A stretch of DNA of 64,000 bases from Basidiobolus meristosporus CBS 931.73 (GCA_002104905.1 MCFE01000208.1:1-64000); one strand, 5' to 3'; counted from the stretch's first letter, positions 10,898-23,984 are shown. The notes: generated from the sequence alone by a model not told the origin. Made by a program: numbers and translations.

Positions 10898-12307
10898 TCA
10901 AAAAATTCGAAGTGAGAACCACATTTCACAGATATATCATTCTGAAACTTGGGCATATTTTCACTATGTATAGCTAAAAATAATATCAGCAGATTCAGAT
11001 TTTGTACTTCGAGAATTTCCAAGTTTTGAAGTGTATCCACAATGACTCGGTATTTTGACTTGCGAATCCCTTCTACTGATGATTAATATAAGGATCACCG
11101 AGAAGTTCACCGGAACTACTTGCTACCTTAATCAACACGGTCTTGCACTTGAATCAAATTCCAAACTATTTGGCAATGCTCATACTATGGAATTCTATTT
11201 CATTTTATTCTCGCCCTACCTCTATCCATATTTTCTGTGATCTAAACTCATGTCTAGACTGCAATCAGGTTGAATGAGTGCCAAGATCTACCTAGACAAA
11301 GAGTCCTCATTAGAAACCTCGCTACTGCTGCTTCATGTCTAATCAGGAAGTACATCGCTTATGTATTTTAATCGTGATCACTAGGGCAATAAAAACTGAC
11401 CATGCGATCGATAAGCATCGCTCGTGGATGTAGGCTTTTAGCAACCTGAAATTGCTGTATGAAGTTAGAATCATTCTCTACGCCCTGTTGTATCTCTCCG
11501 CATCCTGATCATGCAACTGGTTTTGCAGAAGTGAAAGGCGATACAAACCATGGGACATACTTTTGAGTAAACAGTATTGGTAAATAGATAATACAAAACT
11601 TCCGTTTCTCCGATTCAGAAATAATCCTTTTGAAACTGCAGATTAGGGTCATGTAGGATTTGTTCTATATGAACGCCAAATGCCACTATTCGTGCATGTG
11701 ATTTGGCTGAATTTGATCGGGGAACCCCAATTTGTTGGTAGGAATTGAAACCGATGATTTTTACTTGGCATCAACAAAATGGTTTAATCAAAGATCCGGG
11801 GTTAGAGTGAGGGTTTTTCTTGGTCAAAGTAGAATGGATAGAAGCCATTGACAGGATATTTCTTCCCGGGAGACACCCCAATCGCCAAAGCCAACCTCTC
11901 TTTCATTGGTAAAGGGTGGTTGGACTTCTTGGGCTAGTGCCACCGATTTTTACCGAGTATTTCATTAATCAAGCTCTGGTTAACTAACAACTAATGTTAC
12001 TGCAGCCAAGCCTTGTTTCAGCTCTCTGAGGTCGCCTGCTGTGCTTAGGCACTGCGTCAAGCCGAAGATTTATTAGCAAAGGCAAGTAAAATTGCGATGT
12101 AAATCTATATTAAATACGGACATATGATAAAACTGATATCCTCAGCCACTGGCCCTACCAATGTGATACCCTGATCGGAGTGGTTCTACAGTATGTTCAA
12201 TCCAAATATTCACCAAGAACTTGTTGCGATTTTTCATATAAGAGTAGGCTAGCACTACTGGTGCCCTTCCTTACCTGTCTGACCGATTATTTGGAGCTCA
12301 TCAGATA

Positions 12308-12754
12308 ATGATTGTTAATGGGCCTCGACCTTTACATCGCCGAAAGACTTCTCACATCATTTGCATAGCCTGTTGCAAGTCATTCAACCGCAAAGATAAC
12401 TATCTTCGTCATTTTCGAACCCACATTGGTGATTTTCCTCACCCTTGTCCTTATGAACGCTGCGATCAAGGCTTCACTAGAAGTGACCAACTTGCTAGGC
12501 ATTTTGCCTCCAAACACACAGATATCGCAGTCTCTTTCCCCAATGACAACGGGCCATATTATGACAGTATCTCCACTACAACACACAACTCCTCTACATC
12601 CAGACGCAGTTATTCCAATGGTTTAGATAGCCACTTACCAAGTACGAATCATGGTCTAGCTTCGGCAATGGACATGCAAAGTCTGGATAGTGTTAGTATT
12701 CTCGATTCCCCTCGATTTTCATCTAGAATGGAATTGACGTACTTGCTGAATTAA
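12308..12754 (+). CDS. Two-finger C2H2 zinc-finger transcription factor ZF1 (148 aa, intronless)
   Basis: [52 protein letters not shown]; C-terminus [10 protein letters not shown]; TATAAG 71 nt upstream. Confidence 0.9.
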   Translation: MIVNGPRPLHRRKTSHIICIACCKSFNRKDNYLRHFRTHIGDFPHPCPYERCDQGFTRSDQLARHFASKHTDIAVSFPNDNGPYYDSISTTTHNSSTSRRSYSNGLDSHLPSTNHGLASAMDMQSLDSVSILDSPRFSSRMELTYLLN

Positions 12755-15519
12755 TTTTGGAAATCCATTGAATTTCATGTAATGTTCTACGCTCAATTTG
12801 TACTTGGTATAAACCTCGTGGCAATGTAAATGTATATAGCCCAGTATCACTACCTTGCCTTTCTGATGCAATGACCATAAAGGTAGCTGTCTGTTTTGGA
12901 CAGGCACACAGCCTGACCGTATTGTAGTAGATCTAGTGATCAGAAAGGTCGTTGGACGGACTTTGATTTTCATATCCGTAAATGCTTGTCTTGAATAGAA
13001 AAAGGAACTACTGAAAATTGAAGAACACTTCCATACTGAGGATGACCGGTATGTTAGTAGTGCTCACATAACGAAATTGGTAGTCTTTCATGCTTAGAAC
13101 TTTCACCTCTCCTGGAATATCAATGAAACAGATCAATTCTGTCTTTAGAATTCCAAAAAATCCTCAATCATGAAGAAAACGAGCGAAGGAGGAGCAGAAC
13201 AGTATCTAAGGAATCATCCACACTTCCCTAATCTACCGGTGATTTCCATAAACAAGCTGAAACTTCTATCACTTTGCAAGTTGGTCAATTTCTGATGTGT
13301 ATCTTATCATAAATGACTGAACATAGCTTTTGGTTTCAGCTGACTGATTGGCAAAGTCGGGTTTCAGGATGGACTTCGATGTCACCTTATCGGTAGGTTG
13401 ATGGTGCTTTGATAATGATTAGCTAATATACTGCCTTGGTGCTTTGTCGAATAGTTATGATTACGCGAGATACTGTTTCAACTAAGCTGTGGCTATCTAT
13501 CCAATCGCACCTAGTAGCACTTGGTGCCACATGACCATGATCACGAACCTTCTGTATTTAGGTTAGTGCATTTTGCTTAATCGGCTTCAAGGATATACCA
13601 CAAACTAACCACAAATATTGACCATATAGTTGAAAGAACTTCCAAGAATTTCCTGATTTAGTCGGGTGTGAGCCAGTTTACACAGATTATCATCATGTGG
13701 TTACTACAGCTGGGAATTGACCTCGACTTGAGTTTGCACAGATATAAGTGGCTGGCATGGTTCGCTTAAACTTTTATTCGACAGCTACTGCACCAATCTT
13801 ATGCATCTGTTCGATATACAATTGATGTAGTAAACCATTGTAGAAAATTGTGAAAAGGCACAGGGGACAAAAACATCATATTCATCAAGTGCATCCAATC
13901 TAACTAGTTGAAAGAAATGGTGGCATTTTTAGCTTTGGTGCACGTATTCTACTCCAGAGTTATGGGCTATCCAGAACTTCCCAGATCAATCAATTCTAGG
14001 GTATTACCCATTAAGATTGGCTTTGACTTCTCGGTAATATCTGGGTTTTATCTAAATAAGCATTAAAAACGTCACTGTCGATAAAAGTTTCAATATATAG
14101 ATCCAATTCTCATTTTGAATATAAAACCTCTACTACTAAAAAGCACTCATTTACATTGTGGTCAGGACACTTGGTGCCAGAATATATCAATATGATGATC
14201 TTTACATTAATGTGATAAGCATACTGGCGAATATCAGTAGGAAGGAGCTCTCAGCTTCAGGATACACGATCTCCTAGTATCTAGAAAGCCACATGGCACG
14301 TTTTTATTAGTATAGTCAACTACATAAGGAAATGCGAACCAACGGTTAGCTTTTGCTTTTTCTAACCAATTATATGAACTACACTTGTGGAGCATTCGCG
14401 CCTCCAGTTTTGAATATTAATATCATTCCAGATACTCATCCCTTTGAGGATTTATTTCTTGCTGAAATAGAACATCACTATGGTCTAGCATGGCTACCTT
14501 AAGCTGGCTATTGATTTGAACCTTGGAAATGTATATTTATAATATCTCGGCTCAAGTGATCCATCAAGGCTTATCTGGGCGATGATTTCAGATACGTAGG
14601 AGTGCAATTTAGTGAACCCTCGTTAGATATATGGATCAATTGTCCAATCTAAAATGGTTTCAAAGTAACTGGTATTCCCGCATCATTCTCTCAGGAAGTA
14701 GATTGGCGTTCAGTGCCTGATTCAAATGTATATATTTATATAATTTGATTGCGATATAATAAATCGGATCCTCCAATATGCTTATATCAGGCAACCATGG
14801 TTAAGAAATAGTAAAGTCAATGGCCCTAAATATCAACTAGCTCGACTCCGTGTACAAATGGCGAGGCTTGACTACGTGAATACCATTCGACAAATGATCC
14901 CATATAGTCATGCAGTCCTAACCAGTACAGGAGTACTCAAAATATAAAAGCTATACCAGTGTTACATTAAGCTCGGCGATGAGTCCTGGAAGAATGTCCT
15001 TGGTCATGGACCTTCCATTTCGTATACCCATTTGGCTAACATTTTCTCATCACTATGTAACAATAACCCATAAACTTGTTTATTCGTGGTATAATTGGTA
15101 TTCACCGGCTGTCACACTTGGCCTTAATTGATTCTCTCAAAACTATTTGAGGGAAATCGAGAACTCGGATCACAAAGATCAACACTTTAAACTTTTCCAT
15201 GATAGAATAGAGCGAGTATTAAATGTATGGAAACCACAGCCTAATGGAGGTGGTGTAGAGGGCGGAGCTAGTTACGGATCATACTAATTTGGTAGTTTGA
15301 CTCTGTAGATTTTCTGCTGTACTCGATCGTTGGGGTATCACCTATGAGACTTTTGATCGATGTGAAACATTCATCTTGACGAATCACAAATCATCAACGT
15401 CATTTCAGTTATTCAAATAGGCTTGGCTAATGTGTCAGGATTTTACACTTATAAGCGAAAGATTTCATCCGTTCATTCATTCAAGTCAAATTATTCTCTT
15501 CATCGTCTTACTCGCCATA

Positions 15520-15963
15520 ATGAAAACTCCCACTCGTTCTACTTATCGCAGAAAACCTATCCATATTACTTGTACAGTTTGTCGAAAGTCTTTCAACCGA
15601 AAAGACAACTTCATGCGTCACTTTCGTAACCATTCTGGGGAATTTCCACACCCATGCCCACATACGGATTGTGGAAAGGGATTCACTCGCAGGGACCAGT
15701 TACTAAGACATTTGAATTCGAAACATTGCGACCAGCTAGGCAGGCAAAGTTCGCCTCATAGCGATTGTGGATCTGCCTCTTCTGAAGACTCTCTCTTGAC
15801 CTTAAACGATCATCCTAGCATGGCTTTTGCCAAAAATATTCTATTCTGCGACAAGAAGGATGCTATAGAGTCTACAATGAGCATCGGAAACCTGATAAAT
15901 AATGCCTCATGCAAAGCATTTCAGGCTAAATCCCGGATGAGATTGAGTTTCTTACTGAACTGA
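15520..15963 (+). CDS. Two-finger C2H2 zinc-finger transcription factor ZF2 (147 aa, intronless), paralog of ZF1
   Basis: ATG 15520 (MKTPTRSTYRRK); [52 protein letters not shown]; ends SRMRLSFLLN*; TATAAG 70 nt upstream. Confidence 0.9.
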   Translation: MKTPTRSTYRRKPIHITCTVCRKSFNRKDNFMRHFRNHSGEFPHPCPHTDCGKGFTRRDQLLRHLNSKHCDQLGRQSSPHSDCGSASSEDSLLTLNDHPSMAFAKNILFCDKKDAIESTMSIGNLINNASCKAFQAKSRMRLSFLLN

Positions 15964-17956
15964 ACTATCCAGCATATACTTCCAAAGCTTCATACAAACC
16001 TTACCATAGAAAGCAGTTATTGTACATTAGTGCAACTAGACGTCATGAATTCAATTTTCCTCGCCTCCTTTCAATTAGATCGTACTTGTTCAATTCTAGA
16101 ATTTGTCACAGTGTAAATATTTATTTATCGATATTAAATATGTCGGAGTTCTCCATTATGAGTCACATACTGTTGGTACAAATAACTTGAAGTCACTTTT
16201 GATGGGAGGATACCTGCACCACGAAGTGCCCTGATATGTAAAGAAAATCCTTAATGGTATAGATAAACCAGTAAATTTCTCAAGGAGTGGTTTTTCTATA
16301 GTTGGTCCAAGTATCATTTTAGGTGAAAGGGTGGTTAGTCAATTTTAATGGCATATCCGGAAGATCCTGCTGCGGCCTCGAGTACAAATAAATACCATCA
16401 GGCTCGAATCGATCTTCCGGTGATGTTTACTCAAAGGGAATTAAATCTGAATATATAATTTGTGATCTACTTGAATAAGAATAGCGAGTATCAATAGTTC
16501 TACCAGAAGAAAATCCCAGCCATTATTGAGCATTTGTGAAGAAATTTGATGGTGTACATAGCATCCGAGTCTATATTTGGAATGATTGGTATTTCATATT
16601 GTTCACTGTTACACGAAAAAAGGCAATATAGCTCTGGCGCGTTGATGGTTTCCTACCTGCTTAGAAATGAACATTCTCCTTGTACACATATCAACCTTGA
16701 TCTCAGAAATATTACCGAGGTAGCTGGGAAGCTATGTGGTGACACTTGATAAATCTTTATCCGTACCTTCAATGATCGGTACCGCAAAGAACGGGATGCC
16801 AAGTGGCACAGATCGCCATTTGTAGAGACCAATAATTACAAGCACCGATAACCAGATTTGTGATATAGACGGGCATAATAAAGTAGACTACATCAAATTC
16901 TAACGAATTCACACACTGACTCCTATTTTTCCTTTTACCCTTCTACTACCTTCCTTTAGATATGAGGGTACTACGATGGGGTTATTCACGGCAATCCGTC
17001 TACAAAATTTTTCGATATCAATAAGGGATAATTGACAACAAACATTAAGATATTGGATGTGCACCTTTCACGTCAAGGGTGCTGGCCTAATGCTCATGGG
17101 TGGCATACCTCACAAAGGCATGCATTCATCAGTCATTGCGACTCAAGCAACCGGTTTGTGATAAGAATAGGCTTTTAATCCTTAACATAGTGGGCAAGCC
17201 AGCCTCTTGTGAAACTGGCGAGTTCTAACACACTCCCACTTCCACTCACACCTAAAATGTTAGCTCACGGTTGTATTTTTATAATCATTCATAGCCCCAC
17301 TCTCCCGTCGCCAAGAACTGGCTCACCATATACTCGAGTTGCTGAAGCTACCCATAGATATGGGGTACAGTGGTGAGGTGAGTGGAGGGAAGGGTGCACA
17401 GTATCATATGGAACCCCATTCAATGGATTCCATTCACCAGGTCAAGCGATTTGTTTGGACTGACGTTCATCCACCAACGTCATCAAGTGTGTACAGACCA
17501 TATTTATACCTGGATACAGACTGGATGAGTCTAGTCAAGCCCTGGCTCCTAACTAGATAGATTCCATGTGGGATCCCAGTGACCAGTAATGCTGCGCGCC
17601 ATTTACTCTTACCTCCTATCTTGTATGGCTTCATTGGCCAGTGAGTGGGTGGGTATGAGTGGGTATGAGTGTGTGTGTGTGTGTGTGTAGGTTGAGATAG
17701 ATGAAGAGGTAGGAGCTACTGCCAGGAGGACTGGCGTTCTTCGGTACAACACACCAGGAACAGTACACCTCACTATCACCAGTATGTCAGCGGCTTTCCC
17801 CATATTAGTCAGGCCACATTTCTCACATGATCTGGGTAATTTGGGTAAAAGGCAGGGAGTAGGGGGTAGGGGCAAGGAAAGGAAAAGAAAGGAACGGGAA
17901 AGGAGGAGAATGGAGGGGGCGATGCACGAGGTGTTCAAGTCCAACACACACACGCG

Positions 17957-17960
17957 CACC

Positions 17961-18032
<72 letters not shown>

Positions 18033-18788
18033 CTCTCGTTCCCCCTGGGTGAGAAAAATCGAGTACCCTGATATAATATTGATGGCGATAGACTGACCAG
18101 GCAGATATGAGAGCCTATAGGGACAATGGAAGTGGGAGTTGGAGTGGCCGGTGGTGTTGATGAGGCGACTAGGATGGAAGTGAAGGAGCTCAGTGGCTTG
18201 GTGCAAGGCTGGGACACCGAGCCAGTGGAGTTGAGCCACTCGGCCAGGTCAACTAATGACTCTGCTCAGTACGCCTCCAGCACTGCACTACTCCGTTCCC
18301 ACACCCTGTCTCACCCCGCGACCTCACCTGCACATCAGGGTTGGCTCAACTCCGCTGCCGATCACCAAGGTCATCAGTGTCGGACTTGTGACAAGGGTAG
18401 TGTGAAACGACCGATTTAGCAAGGGATGTTGATCATGAGGATGAGAATGGTGGTGGATGGGATGCCTCATGTGCCAAGCTTCGTATCCACCAGTGCAGCA
18501 GCTGTGTAACCTGACACGAGACCAATGGGGTGGTGATTTGGTGTGTCCGACTGGGTGAGAGCTAGCACCCAGCACCCAGCACCCAGCACCCAGTGCCTGA
18601 CACTAAGCACCAAAAGCCATGATGTTTCGGAGAAGGTACATGGTTGATGTGCTTCATCTGCACACTCCACTGAGATGACGTGAACATTGAACGACTTTCT
18701 AAACCACATCCATGCATCTCGCCTAAAGAGGAATCAATGGCAATGGTGCGTATTGTGGTGGGAGCATTGTAACTATTTTTGGTGCTGG

Positions 18789-18819
<31 letters not shown>

Positions 18820-18933
18820 TGAGTGTGTGCACCGAGGAAATCAGCCGAATTGCATTGGCTAGATTATTACTACTGCTGCCTTGTCATATCACAATGTATG
18901 GAAATGATTTCTGAGAAGTACCATTAAAGCAGT
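17957..18933 (-). repeat. Inverted repeat arm B (977 bp)
   Basis: Reverse complement of 9976-10897. Similar microsatellite-rich sequence ((GT)n, GAGTGGGTAT repeats) continues to about 17600 with no counterpart in arm A. Confidence 0.95.
17961..18030. repeat. (CT)n/(GA)n microsatellite, 70 bp with one interruption
   Basis: Directly visible; the source of the spurious RERERE and SLSLSL ORFs. Confidence 0.95.
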
Positions 18934-21398
18934 ATTTGTTTTGTGGAAGCTCCGAGAACCCGTAACTATTGTATGTGAGTGCATAGATGATGGAGAATAC
19001 ATACCTTGGGAGTTACACAAATTCGGAGCAACCTTCAGGAGGTGACATGACTTAGTACCAACTTAATATGTGAAACAGCAAAGCCTCTGAAATATCACAT
19101 TTGTGATCCTGTGTGAGTGTCGGTGAAAGAAGTCTATTTGGCCAAGATTTGTTGATCAATATTTTCTCAAGTCAGTGAACACCATCAGGATAGGTTCTAA
19201 TACTACCTCAGGCAGTATTTAAGCATATTGGTATATATAATCAGGAATGCTAAACTAACTTCTGTATGATTGAATATTGTGCCATTAGCTGGTCTTGTAC
19301 ATGAGCATTTCTAACAGACGAAATAAGGAATGTGTATGCTTGACCTGGTAATATCTTTAAAGATCCAGATTTCAGAAACCTGAAAACTGTTAGGTCTCCA
19401 TTCCAAAGGAAGCATAGAAAGCAGGACTAGGTATCCCACAATTGATTAATAATGGAGACTACTTGTGATACTTTTTGGTATGTATCAAGATTGATTTGGG
19501 TTGCGAGGTAGGTATCTCTGGGTCAATAGAAAATGCTCGATAAATAAAGTACCATAATATATCATTACCTGTCAAAGTAACTTCAACTGATCAACATGAA
19601 CTAACAATAATGCCTAATTGTGGCAGTATGATTGTTATCGAGTGTTACCAGACGTACTAAAAGCCATTCTCATGCAAATTGATAAAATGAACTGCTCTAA
19701 GTAATATTTAGTATTTGAAAATAGCCCATTGCACTCCTAAAATTTCCACATAAAGCGTTGCTTTGATTGTCGATATCCTTAAAGCCGCATAACAGGGCCA
19801 TATCCATGTGGGATTAAAGTATCAATATAAATAAATATTCTTTCAAGTGAGCGGTTGTTTCTGCAAAGCTCGAGTTAACTAATAATAGCTGATCTGTGAT
19901 ATTGCACGGAATAGTGCAAAATTAGACTTGCTATTTATAGATTGACTAATATAGAGTGGCAAACCGCGAATGCATAGGTAGCGATTCAAACAAATAGCAT
20001 TTCGCTAAGCCATAAAAACGATATGTAACTTCTATGGTGAGGGAAATATTAGTCACATCATATATGACCATTAGATATCCCACGGTCTCTGGTAAACCAT
20101 TTCGTATAATATACAGCATTGTATGCAAATCTGGCAAGAAATTTTCCGGCATAAAGTCAAACGCTGAAAAGGAGCATCGAGAAACAAAAGATGGGGCTTG
20201 AAACTGGTTAGGTCTATACTATTCCGATCGATATGGTGTTATTACAGATCGGGAAATTGTCAGAGAATGATCCGTGTATCGCTGCAACCGGAATTAAAAT
20301 GGGTTTTCCTTGCGAGCTATTATTAGAATACATGCGATGTGGACAATAATTGGGAAAAATCATCGGTATTACCCGGTCCTGCTATTGGTACCACATTAAT
20401 AATAACAGCAACCTCTCCTAGCCTCGACAACGTGCCAAATGGAATCGGTCGGTATGAAGTAATTAAAATTGGAGCCTGCATAAAACACCATCTCCAAAGT
20501 AATGCAGGCCAAGCTTACCACATGCCTATACAGTGTTTCCAAAATATACCTGGTGGCCTAATGAGGATAGGGAATTTACACATTATCCACACCATTCCAC
20601 ATTGACGATGATGTCGGTTGCCGTAATCCCAGCAACAAGATCCCCGGCTATCACTGGGATTATTATTCCGCACAGTCTGGATCCCGAGTAGATCTTGCAC
20701 AGATGGTATTGTATCCGAGGGTTGCTAGCAGGAAGAATAATGGGGTTTTCACAAGATAGACTGAAATGTTCATAACCAGCTTTCCATACGAAATATCGGG
20801 ACTCTTAAATTCTTGTGCAATATAAGGAAAAATGGTGTCCACCAAAAGCTGGCAAAGATGCATCTGATCGATAGATGTTTGTTTCCACAAATGGGAGTCA
20901 TTTCTATTTCCACTGCCATATCAAGGCATTACCCAAAGTGTGAAGATATTCTAGAAACTCCGCAATTTCATTGGAGGCCCTATGCTACGGCTGAAAAAAT
21001 ATCTACAAGCGCCGGAGAAGCGACTCAAAGAGTAGGTTAGCAACAAAAATCCGTGCTACCAATCCGATCAGGGGCATCAAAACAAGTAATCCTGCCTCAG
21101 TGCGTACGGGCCTTCCTGCGCTCAGGGGTGGATACCAAGACTCCGATTTAGGCGATTATACTAACCCTCAATCCAAACCTCGGAAGGCATCACTAACGCC
21201 AGCAAGTTGCGGGGAAAGATAGGTGGATTTATTCGACATTATATACAGTAAACAAGAATACACCCAGACAAAATATAAATAAGGTCCGTTCAACATACGA
21301 TCCCGTTGACCACTTGGAGGGAAACCTAAAGTTCACTGGACGAGATGAATGATTGTTCTTGTCGGAGTTGGTAAGGTTCACAAGATAGCGGAGTAACC

Positions 21399-21944
21399 TC
21401 AGTTCAGCAGGAATGTTAGATCCATTTGTGATGAGCCTTCGGTATCGGAGGAATGCACGGTTGTGGAACAGTGTGTATCTTCATGCTGATTGAACGGATC
21501 AAAGTCGAAACCTGCTTGGTCCGGCCATGATAAGGCCGTAGTCGAGATTCCGGATATATCGCTGCTACATGAGCTAGTATTCCCGTCCATCTGTGTATTA
21601 TATTTCGAGTGTAGGTAGGAGTTTTCCAGACAAAACTGATACTTGGTCTCTGAAGCATTGCTTGGCTTGGCACTCTGTGCTTGACTCTGAGCCATGTTGG
21701 TGTGCGTGACTTGATGCCTAGCTAGCTGGTCACTTCTTGCAAAGCATTTGTGACAACTGGGATATGTACAAAAGTAGGGCCGTTCACCGGTGTGGGTTTT
21801 GTAATGGCGTTTTAGGTTGTCTAACCGACCAAAGGTCTTATGGCAGACAGCGCATGGATATTGGCGACGGGTGCGCTGGGTTGACTTTCTTGGTGAGGAG
21901 GGTTTCTGGGGATCGGGGCTTGGTGATTGACCAATTATCTGCAT
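21399..21944 (-). CDS. Two-finger C2H2 zinc-finger transcription factor ZF3 (181 aa, intronless)
   Basis: [51 protein letters not shown] with a canonical TGERP linker; ends SQMDLTFLLN*. Confidence 0.92.
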   Translation of the reverse strand: MQIIGQSPSPDPQKPSSPRKSTQRTRRQYPCAVCHKTFGRLDNLKRHYKTHTGERPYFCTYPSCHKCFARSDQLARHQVTHTNMAQSQAQSAKPSNASETKYQFCLENSYLHSKYNTQMDGNTSSCSSDISGISTTALSWPDQAGFDFDPFNQHEDTHCSTTVHSSDTEGSSQMDLTFLLN

Positions 21945-23984
21945 CTGATTCGAGTGACGGGAAGAGGATAAGGATTCAAAGGGAAAGACTATAGCTCAGA
22001 AGTTCGTCATGCACAACTTCCAAGCGTACCAGAGCCAAATATATATCCACTTGGATGATCGACTTCAGGTTTGCCCCGATCACCCACTGATGCCAAAAAT
22101 GTTTGATCGTGTAACGAATTCTGAAGAATTTAATGTTATGCACCTTTTCCATTTTGGCTTGGCACGCTTAAACCCACAATCCTTATCACGGTGGGGTACC
22201 AGGTATTGATCGCTCCGCTACGTTTGAGATTTGGAATTAGAATACCGAACACCGAATCCCAATCTCTATTCTGCTGTCGCACAAATATGGCTCAACCTAG
22301 AAATCATCAGGAAACTCAAAATAAAATCCATCTATATGACATAAAGATCGTGCCATCATCGTCATTTGCCAGGAGTGATTCTGAGGGCATTTCCGAAAAC
22401 GATCCAATGGCAACCCCAATAGGATACCTCCCAAGCTTTGTACTCCCTTCAGAGGCTGGATCTCATGAATCCATAAATCCCCATTTAATAGAATAGCGGA
22501 GAATGGAAGCGATCCGAGTGGTCTCTTGAGGATCTAAGCCCATTTCCAATAACCTGCTTACCCAAATGTTGTTACTGAGCAAATAGGTGCCCACCTTCAG
22601 AGTAACGTATGGTCTGTGCGAGAATGGTCAAGTACAGAGTGGCGGATCTATTGAGGTAATTAGCTGAATCCAACAGCTACATTCCAGTTGGTGCGCCGTG
22701 CATCCGAAGGAGTGCAAAGCAGTATCAAACGCTGCGTTCGCAACTGCTCAGATGCCTGCTGCTGTCGTCCAGGATGGCTATTAGCATATATCCTGGACGG
22801 AGCGAAGCTAATAATATGCGCTATTTGGCAGCTTTCCTTTTCTTGAGTGTTCAAGCAAAAGCCTTAAACAAGTTTGGATCTCTTCAACGCATCCTGGAAC
22901 TTTCCACCCGATCATCCATTATACTTGTCTGTGTTTTGGTGTTTTCGCCAAACCTAAAACAGGCACCAACAAGTGAAGCCAAGGGCATTATCAGGTTGAG
23001 GTAGCACATTACATGTAGTGATCGACGACTCTTTAGCAGGGCTATAGTAGCCCCGATCAGGTGTGTCGCCACTATTCCAGTTATATCCAGGATTCAATTT
23101 CAACCATTCTCTACATTGTCCACACATGGTGGGGGGATGTTCGCTTATGGGGAATAGGCCAAACCAACCAGGATTCTCACCTCAGTATCCCCATAGTTAT
23201 ACTGATCGGTTTTTCTAAACCTAACTTAAAGCAACAATACACACTTGATTGCTACCCTAGCCTGGCCATAATGATATTTCTGTCCCACAGGGTTGCAGAC
23301 AACGTCACTTTGCATTTGCCTCAAATCCTATATGGTTTATAGTTGACTACTCCTGGAAATTCTACTTACACCAATACTATTAAAACTGAAGCTGCACCTT
23401 CAAAATCTATGCAGGTTAATGTACTGACTGAAGTTCTCAAACCTAAGCTCAGTTGGAGGTTAGGGTCAGGAAGACTTGGTTAGTTGGAAATTGCTAGGCA
23501 TGGCTCCAGGCCTACCTCAAGTAATAAATACTTGGATTTCATGGTCTATGGTCTGAGCCTAGAAAGCCACCTTAACCTAATGAATATGGAGTATATGTTG
23601 ACTTGTGATATGTTCCAAATTGGCATTGATGGACGGGGCCATGAGTTTAAATATGAATATGGCTCACACTTCTCAATTTCCTACAACACCCATGTTCTCA
23701 TGTTCAGAATGGAGGTTAATTGGATTCGAGGCTATGGGCATTTGAAGATACTTATTTGGGTCATCACATAGCCATCTTTGGATTGCAATACATGATTTCG
23801 TTTGGATGGGCAACTCGAGTTGAAGCCTATAATTGGTTTGGAAATTGGCTTAGTATACTTGCGCCAAACGATTGATTACACTGGTTAAATTAAATTGAAA
23901 GGACGGCGTTTAATGAGCTAATATACAGGTGAAAAAGGCTACCAACCGCTCTTGTAGAATAAGCGTTTCAACACTTTGGAAAAA

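Noticed and set aside
9995-10977. ORFs of 77-130 aa within arm A and their mirror ORFs in arm B, including the 202-aa RERERE ORF
   Set aside because: No domains; they overlap in all frames, are disrupted differently by repeat-length changes between the copies, and are driven by microsatellites.
13436-14177. Five TTGGTGC/GCACCAA heptamers within ~740 bp upstream of ZF2
   Set aside because: Noticed after the fact; the heptamer occurs about 20 times in the window, and a cluster like this is expected for some 7-mer after multiple testing.
17149-17156. Perfect Grainyhead consensus AACCGGTT
   Set aside because: A single 8-mer, about the chance expectation in 64 kb, and not near a candidate target start.
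17223-17250. Minus-strand GAGTGGAAGTGGGAG-TGTGTTAG resembling a PPT plus LTR start
   Set aside because: No upstream RNase H coding sequence and no second LTR copy in the window.
17550-17580. TGGGATCCCA palindrome near CTAG as a Helitron 3' end for arm B
   Set aside because: Loopless 10-bp palindrome and no TC 5' end shared by both arms.
20564-20757. Protein-like frame (…HIDDDVGCRNPSNKIPGYHWDYY…)
   Set aside because: Bounded by stops, no start or convincing splice sites, and no family recognised.
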